Below, piece after piece: positions 1-14,900 of a stretch of 64,000 nt of DNA (positions within the stretch are counted from its first letter, which is position 1; each line of letters opens with the position of its first letter). The DNA lies in contig OX597814.1 in the NCBI GenBank assembly GCA_951406725.2, positions 55,738,001 through 55,802,000 on the forward strand, in the 5' to 3' direction. The DNA comes from Octopus vulgaris (lineage: Eukaryota). The translations under genes were made by a program, and so were the position numbers. The notes beneath the pieces were generated by a model that did not search any database, had not been told where the DNA came from, and saw only the letters and a program-made list of their open reading frames with translations.

Positions 1-1089
1 AAGTTCGTGTTTTTCCTTCAATTCTTATTATGTCTAACACAAAGGGTGAATTTTCCTTTTGCATCTGAATCATTTATTGCTTTATTTAATCTTTCACGAT
101 AATTGTATTTTGCCATTTCCTTAAACATCAACAAGAATTTCTAAGTGGCAACTGCTTCTTCATGTATAAATATTCTTAGACTACCTAGCATAATGCTAAT
201 CAGATGTAGTAATTTCATTATATTCCTAATCAAAATAGTTAAATAGTTAACCCCGCCCTACCTTACAGCATTCAAAATATGATGTATGTATCTGATTTTG
301 TCAAATAACTCAAGAACATTCAGTTTTGACACTCAAAGAAAGAACATGTTATTATGTAATAAATTGAAATAACTTTTCCCAAAAGAACTATTCTAATTTA
401 TGAAAATAATTATTTAGCTTAATTTTTAAGATTATATTTAACATCTGATCTTAGTAAAGGATTATCTCATTGGATTATCTCATACTCTTATTGCAGATGA
501 ATATTATCAATAACACACAATATGAAAGTGATTATCACAGAGAAAAAGTATCAAAGGAATTCCTCTCTGCTGTTTGAAGCATGTGATAAATCATCTTTAA
601 TGCTTTGGTTGGGTACAAATGCTTGATACCTAAAAATAAAGTTAACAAAAAAAAAACACTCTCAATGGCAATGTTTAATGCCTCTTAATTAAAGATAAGA
701 AGGAATACATACTCTTGAATAATATATACAAATTATCATAAGATCAAAACCAATAAATTGACAGAAATAAAAAAAGCCTTCAATAAAGTTGATCAAAGAA
801 TGGTATATCACAAACTGCATGACCCTAGATGAATGCATGACATTTGACAAATAGTTGTTAAACAACTGTAGCCAAGAATGCTCTCTCTCTCTCTCCAAGG
901 TGACATCAACTTTAAGCAGAGCCCCTCAGGAAATAGTACTGGGACCATAGCTAGTTTTGGCTGCTCTCTCAGACTGATGATATAATCAAACAGGCAGTCA
1001 AGAACCTGGACAATAATCTTTTCTACTACAGGCACAAGGCCTGAACTTTTGGCAAGTCAGTGCTCAACAGGCATCAGTTCAAAACTCAT

Positions 1090-1900
1090 TGCAAATTTAG
1101 CATGAAGTGTCTAGGTTACATAGGAGAGTAAGTCTTCTTGAGATCTAGCTTTATGAAAGTCATATAAATCAGTCAGTAAGGAGAGAGAGAAAGAGACAGA
1201 GGTTTCAGATGCTGGAAAACATTGTTCTGAATGGATGCTTCCATTTTGTTTGAAATATTGAAATTGTGATGGAGCAATAGTTGGTAGGGTTACAGGGATT
1301 GCTATTCTTGAGAATAGGGCATACTGTATTGTGTTCCTAAAGATTGAGTATATCCTTGTTAGTAGGGAGAGAATGAGAGAGAGAGAAAGCCAGCTCTGGT
1401 TATAGGACATTGTCTGAGCCAGTAACCTTGTTGCTTTGAAACAACAATAGGTGTATTCACATTTTGTATGCATGTATGCAAGGTAGTAAGCCTGGTGGAG
1501 TTTTGAAGGCTAGATTTGGAGGAGATTCACTAAATATGTGCAGTGTGGAGTTGGATGCAAAACAGGCAGTAAAGTAGAGGTGTTTCTCCACAGATATACT
1601 GTTCACTGTTCTCAAGATCATCTTAGTTGAGAAGTGGAGGAAAAGAAAAAACATCAGAGAAGATCTTTTAATACAGTATCAGAAATTTGGGAGGTGAGAG
1701 AGCTTGAAGGTTGTGTAATACATAGAGGCTTCCTTCATGGTTTGGATGGTGGTCTTACAAAGCTTGACCTGCTGGAGTACAGCTATGAATGAGCCAGTTG
1801 GTGGAGGATGAAGTTTTTGTTATGTGTGGAATGTGGAGGAACATACCTAAAATAATGGTGCCTGTCACATGTTTAACTCTTTCTAGTGTGTCAGGAGTGA
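1090..1900 (-). mobile_element. Highly decayed CR1/L2-group LINE fragment (RT C-terminal region)
   Basis: Minus-strand translations show only scattered LINE-like patches, with many stops; boundaries approximate. Confidence 0.3.
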
Positions 1901-1944
1901 AGCACATGCTACTAGGCAGAACAGTAGAGGTCTGAACAGCTGGT

Positions 1945-2268
1945 TGATGAAAGGCAAATCAATCTCAGCAGAATTTGAACACAGAACATGAAGTCAAAAG
2001 ATATGTCACTAAGTATTTTGTCCAGTGTGCTAATAATTCTACCAGCTCACTACCTTAAGAACCCTGATAATAATCCTTTCTACTATAAGCACCAGGCCTG
2101 AAATTTGTGTGGAGATGGCTAGTCAATTACATCAACCCCAGTGCTGAACTGGTATCCATTTTATTGGCCATGAAAGGATGAAAGGCAAAGTTGAATTTGA
2201 AACCAGAAGAAATGCTACTAAGCATTTTGTCCTGTGTATTAATAATATTGCCAGCTTGCCACCTTTAA
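1945..2268 (-). mobile_element. Two tandem tRNA-headed SINE copies (family A)
   Basis: Match the clean copy at 53175-53407 (gaaaggatgaaaggcaaag, gaatttgaac, gccagct...cctt). Confidence 0.75.
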
Positions 2269-2299
2269 GAACACTGATAATAATGCAAAATTACAGAGA

Positions 2300-2720
2300 A
2301 ACCTGAATACAATATATAAGTGAGCTAAAGTAAATAACATGCAGTTCAATGCCGAAAAGTTTTAAGCACTCAGCTATCGACCACAAACAGACACCAGTCA
2401 GAAAACAAAAGACCAGAGATTATTGCAATCCTAAAGTACAAAGCAGTGATTGATTTGAGAATCTTCATGAGTAATAATGAGTAATAATGCAACATCCATT
2501 TTCAGATTGATAAGATGGCAACCATGTGCAGGCAACTGGCTGGTTGGATTATACGATCACTCAGAATTAAAAAAAATGGAAACTACAATAGTCCTGTAGA
2601 GAAAAGTTTTACTGTCACCTAGCCAAATGCTCTCAATTATGATCACCACACAGTGTCAAATTAATTGAAGAACTCAAGGCAGTCCTATACAGTTACATCA
2701 GGATGTACTGTCTCGGTACA
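2300..2720 (+). mobile_element. Decayed CR1-like LINE RT fragment
   Basis: Reads MQFNAEKF...LAGWIIRS; similar to 5100-5690. Confidence 0.5.
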
Positions 2721-2794
2721 ACAGATGAGGTACTGGGAAGGGCTAAAGGAAATAAAGCTCTACTCCTTAGGGGGATAAGGGAAAAGATATGCAG

Positions 2795-2797
<3 letters not shown>

Positions 2798-2858
<61 letters not shown>

Positions 2859-2886
2859 TATGTATGTATGTATGTATGCATGTATG
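2798..2886. repeat. (TG)n / (TATG)n microsatellite
   Basis: Seen directly. Confidence 0.95.
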
Positions 2887-3826
2887 TAGAGAAGATCTTA
2901 GAAAAACAAGCATTTAATCCTTTTGAGATCAACCCCACTGAGATTGTCCCAAGTTCCATGACAGAAATTCACTATTTTAAAGTGATCTAAATTAAAACCT
3001 TACATGAAAATTTCATGCTAATATATGTTCCAAATACCAGTTTAACAATGACAAATTTATTTACAAATTTCTTCATTTCATTATTTTCAAGAGTAATTGA
3101 GACAAAGGTGGTGTATTTCAACTGGGGCTGATATGTGCAGGGGAAGAAGTGGAAAGTGAGGATGGGGCAGGAGTCCAATCTTAAAATCATGTGTGAACAT
3201 GTACATGCATGTGTGTGTTTGTATGTAATAAGTTGGATGTAGCAAACCTTGTGCTAAACTCTGTGGTGGTGGGAAGTACTGATGGTGGAAGCTCTAGCAT
3301 TTATAATCACAGTGCAGTACACCAATATCCAAGCACATATTTCTTTCATTTGAGTAGGATTTGTCTCCTATATCTTCTGACAGGTAACTGTTAGTGTCTT
3401 GATAAGCTTTGGTCTGCCATGTTTTAAGAGCTCTGTGGGAATGTTATCCACTCCTGGAAGTTTTCTATTTTTGAGCATGCAGACTGTCTCTTTGACTTCC
3501 TTCTGGAGAATTGGAGCATTCTCTAGTTCTCTGTTATTGTCGTTGGAATTGTCTATGACTGAATAGACTAATATTTATTCAAAACCTGTAGAAACCCTTC
3601 AGATAATAAGACCCATGTGCACATATGCCCACAAAATGTAGGTGTGTGTCACATGCTGCATATATTAGTATACATTTATATATATTTGTATACATGAATA
3701 ATCTTGTATAATGTAATTAATCTATGTTGCACACAAAGACTTCCATACAACCGAGGCAAATGCTAGGAAAATAACACTTAAAGAAGTCTCTAAATTAGTT
3801 GCCTCCTCTAATGCATCACAGATATA

Positions 3827-5077
3827 CAGGGGTTGGACAAAATAATGGAAACACATTAAAATTTAAAACAACTTTATTTTAATATGAGTTAGGACTGCTT
3901 TTGGCAGTAATTACAGCTTGAATTCTATGAGGTATGGACTCGTACAAAGTTTGAATTGTTTCCAAAGAAATTTTTGTCCATTCTTTAACTAAAACAATCT
4001 CCAGTTCTTGTTGTGATGCTGGTGGACAATATCAACTCCTTATTTATTTTTCTAAAATGCACAATAAATGTTCAATAATAGTGAGATCTGGGGACTGTGG
4101 TGGCCAGATAAGATGTTCAACTTCCCTAGAATGTTCCTTGTGCCATTCAGTAACAATTTTAGCTGTGCGAATTGGTGCATTATCATCCTAAAAGACTGTG
4201 TTTCCCTCCGGAAACAGTTCCACAACCATAGGATGAATTTGATCAGATAAAATGCTTAAACAGTCTTAACTATTAATTCTGCCATTAGGAAAACCATTGG
4301 GCCAGCAGATTTCCAAGGTATAGCCCTCCAGATCACCACAGATCCTCCTCCACATTTAACAGTTGGAAGAAGGCAGTCTGGGTCAAAGGCTTCTTTTGGC
4401 TGTCTCTACATGTATACTTGGTCAGTGGTCAGAAATAAGGTAAAGGATGACTCGTCCAAGAAAATAACATTGTTCCACTGCTCTAGGGACCAATTCTGTA
4501 GGTTTTTACTCCACTCTAAATGCTTTGCAACATTTGTTTTCAAAAATAGTGGTTTTGTGATTGCAGCCCTCCTGTGAAATCTAGTTTTGTACAGCTCCCA
4601 GCAAACAGTTTTTGTGGAAACTGGTTCTTGAGGTGGTCATTAAGCACTGCAGAAATTTTGGGAGTTGTACTTTTGTGATCCTTTGTAACAATTTGTGTAA
4701 GAGTCTGACTGTCCCTATCTGAAAGTTTTGGTTTTCATCCGGAGTTTTGTTTTGACGAGGAGGTTTTTCCCTCTTTCTCAAAGGCTGTCATTACTTTCAA
4801 GACAGTACTTTTTGATACACCAAACATTTCGTCTGTTTTCATTATGCTAGTGCTTGTCATATGAGCACCAATAATTTGACCTCTTTGAAAGTCCGACAGA
4901 TCTGTCATTTTAAAGAATTTTAATTAACTTTTTCTGATGATATCTGAAAAGAAACAGCAATTTTAATAAAACATATTAAGCAACACTAATAATAAATCAA
5001 AAAACATAAAAATAAACAAGCTTTCAAAATTATGATGTTATGATGCTAGGTGTGTCCATTATTTTGTCCAACACCAT
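3827..5077 (-). mobile_element. Full-length Tc1-family DNA transposon (~1.25 kb), inactive
   Basis: TIRs caggggttggacaaaataatggaaacac / gtgtccattattttgtccaacacc with flanking TA; transposase motifs on the minus strand. Confidence 0.9.
3878..4908 (-). pseudogene. Tc1 DDE transposase pseudogene
   Basis: MTDLSDFQRGQIIGAH (HTH start), VIFLDES, F*DDNAP, WPPQSPDL, LYESIPHRIQAVI; contains stops and frameshifts. Confidence 0.85.
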
Positions 5078-5099
5078 TACATATGTAATCATGAAAGCC

Positions 5100-5690
5100 A
5101 GAAGTCACACAGTTACAGCCAATGACGATCTCTCTCTCTCTTTCTCTGAGGAAACACCAACTTTCTGTAGTGTCACTCACTACTTCTGTGACAGCTCTCT
5201 CAGATATGCCCTTGGTCATACAGTCAATAACTCTTACCAGCAATGCTGATGATACAAAAGTATTATAGGTAATCAAAGCCCCTGATGACACCCTAAAACC
5301 ATAGAGAGAACTGAATGCAATATGTAAGTGGGCTAATAAAAATAAAATGCTATTCAATGCCGAGAAGTATCAAGCAGTTGACAATCAGGCCACAAGCAGA
5401 TTGCAATTGCAATACACAAAATCCTAGAGTCAGAGCTGATGTATGACCTGTGAATCCACATGAGTAATGATGCAACATTCTAGTGCATTTAACCATGATG
5501 ATGATATTGTATCAGGTGCGTTGCTGGTTAGATTCTGAGTCATTCAGAACCAGGAAAAAGAATGTTACTGCTATGGAGAATATTTGTTCTGTTCTCAGTC
5601 ACCAAGAATATTGCTCCTGATTGTGGTTGTCACAAAGTGTTAAACTAACAGTAAAACTCAATGCAATCCAATGGCACTACACACTGCAAC
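5100..5690 (+). mobile_element. Decayed CR1-like LINE RT fragment
   Basis: NADDTKVL (YADD-like), ELNAICKWANKNKMLFNAEKYQ. Confidence 0.65.
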
Positions 5691-5699
5691 ACAAATTCT

Positions 5700-7251
5700 A
5701 ATCATGACACATTTATCCCATACTACTTGTCTTTATGCCTAGATTCCAAAATTAAAATCTTATGGAAACTATTCAAAAGGTTTTGCTCCTGAAAAATGGA
5801 GCTCATGGAGCTCTAAAATGTGGTGGTTAAGCCCCCCAGAGGTGGTGGTGGGGATGTCTTAAAGTCAACCAAAAAAGTTGAATTGTTGGGAATCTTTTTA
5901 TGTTGGGTCTTATATCTATTGTTCAAATTTCTTTGAAATCAGAAATATATGTATGTTCACTGAGTTTATAAAAGAGAGCAAAGCTACAGGAAACCAAAAG
6001 ACAAATGATTACAATAACCAGTCAGCTACCTTACCCTAGTCGTTACCACTCCCCAATGTAGGATTCCTCACCATACAGCCATAAGATGCAATTGGAAGGG
6101 CGTAACCCAAAGCAAGTAAACATTAACAACTGTGTGACATGAGGGCTAAGGGGAAATGAAAGTGTCACCTCTGGAATTTGCCAATGATCACTATACCAAT
6201 AGGTAACTGGACAGAATAAATTTGCAATCTATAAATCTCTTTGAATAACCAGTCACTTATCTGGGAAGGCCTTGAAATCAATGTTAACATCTGGGGACTA
6301 TCTCTGACCCAGTGATAATAAAATGACTTAAAGGAGGTCTGGAACGAAATAACTTTACTCAACACTTTGCAACTGAATCAGTGGAGGCAAAGATGCTTGT
6401 CCTTTACTTGACAATTTATGCACCACATTGCAGAAATCACAATCTAAGTATATCTCGAAGCAAAGTCTTACACTGTTGTACCATTGAATTACAAATAACA
6501 TCATCTTTTATGCTCAGGTGACCCTACAGCTTCCAAGAGTACAATTGTATTCATCTTGGCTTAGGAAAAATGACTAACTTGTGGGTGTAATGGAAATTAA
6601 GGGGTCTTACTAACTTCTAAGAAGTTAAAATTTTAGAAATATTACTTCATTTGTGTCTAATATCTATGGTTGAAATTTCATCAACAGCAAAAATATGTAA
6701 ATTTTCATGGGGGTTATGGCCTCATTTATGCCACCTCACTTTCAAACATATACTGCATTACATCTGTCCTTATACACAGAAAATAATTTCCAAATTTCAT
6801 AAAGTTCCATTCAGTACTTTTGACCTAGTTTTGGATCATAAAAAATGACTAAAATTTGGGAGTTAAGGCCCCCATTAGGGGGTTTTAGAATCCTCATGAG
6901 AAGCAGAAACTTTGGGAACACTTTTTGATGTGTATCAATTACCTATGGTTGAAATTTCATCAACATCAGAAATTTATGAATTTTCATGGGGGGTTCTGAC
7001 CCCTTTAAGCCACCTCAAAGCCACTGAACATACTGCATTATACCCGTCCTTATGCATTGAATCTAAGTTCCAATTATCATAAGAATCCATTCAGTAATTT
7101 TGGTCCATGAAATTGTATGAAACATACAGCATTATCCTTCACCCTAGGCTTGGATTTTGTGTTCCAAATTTCATTAGGATCGGTGCAGTAGTTTTCAAAT
7201 CTATAAGTAACACACAAACACACATAAAGACATTGACTTTTATATAATAGA
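5700..7251 (-). mobile_element. Non-autonomous Helitron/Helentron-like element with ~280-bp internal repeats
   Basis: Minus-strand 5' end TCTATTATATAAAA...ccgatcctaatgaaattt resembles the start of 32657; direct repeats 6661-6826 and 6941-7106, third diverged unit ~5720-5960; 3' end not seen. Confidence 0.5.
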
Positions 7252-7254
7252 TAT

Positions 7255-8817
<1,563 letters not shown>

Positions 8818-8821
8818 TCAG

Positions 8822-8922
8822 ACTAGAGCCTGGTGCAGCCTCCTGACTTCCCAGACCTCGGTCGAACAGTCCAACTCATGCTAGCATGGAAAACGGACGT
8901 TAAACGATGATGATTATGATGA
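8822..8922 (+). mobile_element. RTE LINE 3' terminus fragment
   Basis: catgctagcatggaaaacggacgttaaacgatgatgat matches the RTE tail at 25741. Confidence 0.8.
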
Positions 8923-10604
8923 TATATATATATTATATATATGTATGTATACACACATGTATGTATGCCTGTATATATAAGTTATTAGTTTCACTTTAAT
9001 AGTTTCAGTATTAATAGTGAAACTATTAAAGTGAAAGTATCTGACATTACAATTCAGAGATGTTATTGTTTCAATTTTGACACGTAATGCTGAATGGTTG
9101 TCAAGCGTTGGTGGGCGACAAACACACACATACACACACAACCAGTGGTGGTTTGTTTGCATCCAAATAACTGAGCTCTTTGACAAAAAGCGAACGATAG
9201 AATAAGCAAAACTCTAAAAAACAATCAATAACTACTGGGGTCGAATTTTTTCCCGACTAAACCCTGGAAGGCGGTGCCCCAACATGGCCACGGTCAAATG
9301 ACTGAAACAAGTAAATGATATCTATAATGTTATAATTTTATACTTTATAATGAAAAATCTTTCCATTCATTAAATACAAGCAAACAATGTAGGATGTACG
9401 TAAGCATGTTTTTATGTACACGCACACAAACACATTTTATTCTCAGATTTACAACTCATTGCACAGTGAATCAAGAGGGGACGCCTGTAGCACATAGTTC
9501 GTCTGCTTTGCAAGTTTGGCATGCACATGCTTATATAAATTGCTTTAAATTATATGACAATTACTTTTTCCCATGTATTCCGCAAACTGAATCCGTAATA
9601 TCATACAAGGGAAGTAACTCCTGTTAAATCATATATGAGGAACTTTTTTTTTTTTTAAATTCAGGCTTGGTCTTAATGTAGTATTTTATCTATTGTCAAG
9701 GAAGGATTATAGATGCTTGAATTATTGAATGCTAGCGCTATTCCTTATTTTATTGATCACCTAAATAATAAAGGTAATGTACATGACATCTGGATTCCAT
9801 CCTAGCTCAATAAAGTACCAAAACTGGAATAGCATGTTATTTACATAGGAATAAATAAATAAATAAAAATACCTATATTGACACAGTTCGAAACTGGTTT
9901 TATTCAGAAATCTATTATTTATTTATTAGTTATTCTTGTTTATTTATTGATTGATTACGCCTATTTACCTATTCATTGCTTTTATTTAATTATTACTTTT
10001 GTTCATAAATTATTGAATAATGAAGATAATAGCTGATAAAACATTATTGGATTACACTCCCCTTCTGTTTAAACTATTTGTATGGAACAATTTAAATAAT
10101 TCCATCCAGATGCAGTCTCAGAATTAATTTTCATTGTTTTGTGTGTGTATGTGTGTGTGTGTGTGTGTGTGTAATGTCTCTTTGAATGGATGTATAAGAG
10201 AGATAGAAAGAGGGAGAGAGAATAACAGATACATGTATCATCTTATCATGTTCATGTAGGCATAGGTTGGATGGTTTGATAGGATCCAATGGTCCCAAGG
10301 GGTGCATTGTGTGTAAAAGATGCATAGAGTTCATATATTTAATTTCTTTTGTTTACGTTTTTTATTTACTTATTATATGTGTGTACATCATATGATGGTT
10401 ATAAATGAGCATCATCATAATACAGGCAAGGTTGTTCTTTTCCAGTCCTCAGTGAATAACATGACTAGCTATGGGAAAATATTACCTTGCTTGGAAAGTA
10501 GTGAAAGTTGGCAGTAAGAAGGTCATACAGCTGCAGAAAATCTGCCCTTTCAAATTCTGTTTGACTCATGCAAGCAGGAAAAGTGGATGTTAAACATAGA
10601 CATC

Positions 10605-10805
10605 ATATATGTGTATTGGTGGCAATTTTTCCTTATTTTTCCTTCTTTCTCTTTGGACTTTTCTCTTTCCTACGAAGAGCTATGCTCGAAATGTTAACAA
10701 CTCTCTCTTTTCACTGAGCGTCAAATTAATATATTGCTTGTGCCCGTCCTCACATTCATTTTTCTTTGTCTTTTCCATTATTTATTTGTTTTCTTTGTAT
10801 TGACT
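10605..10805 (+). mobile_element. Penelope-like pLTR fragment with degenerate minimal hammerhead
   Basis: cgaagagctatgctcgaaatgtt at 10669-10698; homologous to 29763-29950. Confidence 0.5.
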
Positions 10806-10813
10806 ATATATAT

Positions 10814-10854
<41 letters not shown>

Positions 10855-10859
10855 ATTGT

Positions 10860-11750
10860 TAAACAGGACAGCAAACATTAAGGCAAGGCAAACATCTCAA
10901 GTCATATATAATATTATTATAGGAAGAAATTCAAAATCATACAGCTGTTTCCCGAGTATGAGATATTCTGTCATCAGAGACAAATAGGGGAAAAGACTAT
11001 GGAAAATGAGAATGGTATATAGTAATAGGATGACAACTTTGAGGAAGGGAGTAAAAGAATAAGGAGATGGGAAGAAGAAAAAGAAGCATAAAAGTTCATA
11101 GTTCAACTTTCAGAAGTTATAGAAACCAGAGCACAAGTCTTTAGGTGGAACTCTGTGTAGATCCAAGAGTGTAAGTCCTTAGGTGCAATCTTGTGTATAT
11201 CCATGTGGGTTAAAATCCTGATATAGTAGTCATCCCAAAAAAAGGACACAAGCATATCAACGTTCAATAACAGAATGGTAGTGGAGATGGCTACTAATTG
11301 GTAAAAGTAAAGAAAAAAAATAGAAAGATAGGTAGATAGAGTGAGGTAGGGGGATATTAAGGATTGGCTATAGGATAAAGTAAGGTGCATAGGTGTATGG
11401 TGTCTAAGAATTGTGTATGGGGTAACCAAGAAGATAAGAGAGGAGGAGGAGGTAGAGAAAGATAGGGTAAAAAAATAGAGCAAAATGAACAGAATTTAAT
11501 GAGAGTAGTAGAGGTCTAAAGTTACTGGGGAGGAAATTTGGTAGTAATTGCTTGTGCCCGTCCTGGCTAAGGCCAGTGGCTGTAGAGTTATTTTTAGCAA
11601 TGGAGTTCTGGGTGGTAGTAGCTAAGACAGGAAGAGCTAGTTGAATATTAAATTATTTATGAGTGGGAGATAGAGTTAGGGTGTTTATAGTAGGGGATTT
11701 ATAGGGTTAAGGTTTAAAAATAAATTAAGGATAAATTAAAGAATTAATAT
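10860..11750 (-). mobile_element. Probable Penelope-like 3' region with hammerhead motif
   Basis: Minus-strand CTGATGA...GAAACAGCTGTA at 10936-10982; shares agtagt(c/g)atcccaaaa and strand purine bias with 28930-29460. Confidence 0.45.
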
Positions 11751-11769
11751 ACATATATATATATATATA

Positions 11770-12070
11770 TATTGATAAGAGTGGTAAGGCAACAAAAGAA
11801 TGAAAGAGACCTCGATATTATGCAAATAGAGGAACTTATCTGTAAAAGTAATAATATATAATATAATATAATGAAATTATCGTATACAGTGCTCAGGTGC
11901 ACTACAACTTGCCACCACCTCTTCAGTTATCCGGCCATCGGGAAAAATGCCTTTACATTTTTTCCGATGGCCAGATAACTGAAGAGATAGCAACGTGGAT
12001 TTCCACCTCGGCATCCGAAACTCGGAGTTTTATCATGGCTACCGAATAATTGTCACATATTACTATTACA
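11770..12070. mobile_element. Penelope-like inverted pLTR pair, left arm interrupted by a CR1 3' tail
   Basis: Inverted arms 11919-11949 and 11956-11986; 11868-11911 is the reverse complement of the CR1 tail at ~35268-35312. Confidence 0.6.
11968..12040 (+). ncRNA. Type I hammerhead ribozyme motif
   Basis: gataa-CTGAAGA-(imperfect stem II with gtgga/tccac hairpin)-GAAA-ctcggag-TT-ttatc; stem I extends as tggccagataa/ttatcatggcta. Confidence 0.6.
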
Positions 12071-12134
12071 CACACACACACACACATATATATACATAAG
12101 AGCGTTGTAGTTTGCTTGAAGTATTGTAGTACAG

Positions 12135-12261
12135 AAGAAGGTAAAAAGAGAGAAAATTGAAAGCGTCTGACAAAGTGGAAAGTTTAATTAAACCTTTGTA
12201 AGGTTTTATTAAACTTTCCACATTGTCAGAAGCTTTCTATTTTCTTTCATCTTACCTTCTT
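12135..12261. repeat. ~125-bp imperfect palindrome
   Basis: aagaaggtaa...gtggaaagtttaattaaacctt tgt aaggttttattaaactttccac...ttaccttctt. Confidence 0.85.
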
Positions 12262-12279
12262 ATATATATAAATAGAATG

Positions 12280-12590
12280 TGTGAAGGTGCATGACTTAGT
12301 GGTTAGGGTGTTGCACTCACAATTGCAAAATCATGATTTTGATTACCAGACTGGGTGTTACATTGTGTTCTTGAGCAAAACATTTCATTTCATGTTGCTC
12401 TGCGATCAATTCATCATTTGACTTGTGGCATGTGATGCACCTGTGCAGGTAATGTCAATTTGATGGAGGTGGGGAGTGAGCTTATGTGAGTAAAAATACA
12501 TTTGATCACTATAAACATCTGTGTAGTTGTTCAGCAAGAAATTGCAGAACCCTCATATGTAGTCTTACAGTGGGAGTATCCGTGATATAT
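12280..12590 (+). mobile_element. tRNA-headed SINE family C
   Basis: gaaggtgcatgacttagtggttagggtgttgcac...ttgtgttcttgagcaaaacattt; related to 20978-21230 (+) and ~13320-13540 (-). Confidence 0.6.
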
Positions 12591-13579
12591 ATATATACAC
12601 ACACACATTTGTATGTATATATGTGTTTATATATAAAACAAATAAGAGTATCTTAAATAACACACAAAATAAAAATCTAAATCTATTGAAATTGTCTCTC
12701 CTTCAATGAAAGGTAGATGTATCACTTGGTGGCAATTAGTACCAATTTTAAATGAGAAGGTGATATAACACCAAGAATCAGGAATTCTCTAAAATAGACA
12801 TAGCATTAAGGGAAAAACTGTGTAATTTAACAATCAGATAAGAGGACAGCCTCAGTAAGTGTTGTCAGCACAGCATTTATTCTACCTTATCTCAAAAGCA
12901 GAGGATCACATTTATGGCCTAGGTAATTTGCATAAATAAAATGAAAATGAGCTAAGAGAAATAACTCAGAGTGGTCAGTGACATATGTTTGATCAACAGA
13001 CAAATATGGGTATATTTGATCTTAATACAACATAAATTCTTGAGTTACTGAAATTATATCTACTTCTAGAGAAGGTAGACCACTCATTTGGTGATATTTG
13101 GAACTGGTGCTCATTGTTACCAAGTGATTGCTCCATTCTCTCTACAAGTAGAGATAATTTCAATGAAGAATTTTTTTCTTCTATATTACTTAATACAGCC
13201 TTATGTTGACATACACAAACACAGTTGCAAAGAGAGAAGACAAATTCATAATTTTAAAGTTGGAAAATTAAAAAGAAACATAATATTTAGTTTTTGATGT
13301 ACTAATACATGGGCAACAGTTCCTTCCCAAATCATATAGACCATAGGACTGATTTTCGAGTTTCTGCAGGATATATGTTCTCCATGGGAACATATATGCC
13401 AGTCCATTGCAGAAATTCTCACCATTGCTAGCTAAGTGGACTGCTCAAGCACATAACACATTGCTCAGACTGTGAATTAAAACTACAATCTTACAATTAT
13501 GAGTCCAACACATTAACCACTAAACCACATGCCTTCCCTCATGTGCAACATATAAATTATATACAAACAGAACTTTGTT

Positions 13580-14900
13580 GTTAGGTCTAATTAAAATTTT
13601 TTGAAATGGTGAAGTGTGTCTGTGACATTTGCAGGACTTCTAGGTTAGTGAGGTTGATGTTTTTGGTGCTAATATTGAAGTTCTGTAGGCTAGAGATGAG
13701 CAATATAGCAAGCAGGCTTACATACCAGACACGATCAGAGATTTTGCATATATCAAGTATAACAATATTTTTTCCCAAACTTTTCCCATACCACTGCTGA
13801 ATGACATGAGCAAATTACCAGGTTCTATAGATAATCACTGAAGAAGGAGAGAGAGGCCTAGAGTGATGAAAGAAGTTACTGTTAACAACTGTTGACATCA
13901 CCTTTGAAATACAGAAAGTAAGAATAAGTCAGTAGTTTTCAGGATCAACAAAATTGCTCTTCATGGAATTAAGATATACCAAAACATGTCAACTGTAAAG
14001 AGAATGATAGAGATTATAGAATTAGGCAAGAATAAAAGTTAGCTCTTGTGGGCATTGTTGAAGTTTGGCAATTGTTTACCTTGCTGGGTTAGAGTGATCA
14101 ATGAAGTTTTTTCACTTGGGAATGAGAACTGTTTAAGATAGTAGTGGAACTGGTGCAGATGATGATTGACTGGGAGGTGGTAGAGTTTGAAAATTGTGCC
14201 ATCCCCAAATAAACCATTTTCTTCTCTGATATTACTACTGAGAGTAGTGGATGACTTTCTTCAGGAATTGTAGGCAGTATTATTTGCCTATTTTCTTTTC
14301 TAATCTAGGCACAAGGCCCGAAATTTTGGGGGAGGGGGCTAGTTGATTAGATTGACTCCAGTACACAACTGGTACTTAATTTATTGACCCCAAAAGAATG
14401 AAAGGCAAAGTCGACCATGGCAGAATTTGAACTCAGAACATAGCATACTGAAAGCATTTCACCCGAAAGCATTTGCTAACATTTCTGCCAGCTCGCTGAG
14501 TGAGAATAGAGGTAAAACAAGAGGTTGTGTATATCAAAGTCTCAAAAGAATAATGTGTTCAGCAAGAAGTAAGGTAAGATGTGTTAAAATTAGAAAATGA
14601 GAGGATAAAATAGCTTATGGTTATTTGAAGAGTTTGATTAGAAACTTAAAGGAATAGGGTCGACAGATTTAAAGCCTGAATTATGAATTACAGAACTCTT
14701 GCCAAAACCCATGTGTGTGAGATGAGTGGGAAGAGCGGATTCTGTACAAGTACTGATACTGCCCTTAAAAACAAAGTTAATCTGCATTGTGTGGCCAGGA
14801 ATTGGAGATTAGTATGTCAGAGAGAAAGATGTATGGTTTAAGTATGAGTTGGAGGTGGTGGGTGGGTCCAAGTTGAAACAAAGTGTAACAACTTGTGCAT
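13580..14900 (-). mobile_element. Decayed CR1/L2-group LINE fragment
   Basis: VILDICKISDRVWYVSLL resembles the RT motif LDISKAFDRVWH; interrupted by a SINE. Confidence 0.5.
14295..14498 (-). mobile_element. SINE family A
   Basis: ctggtacttaatttattgacccc...gaaaggcaaagtcgac...gaatttgaactcagaac. Confidence 0.8.
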
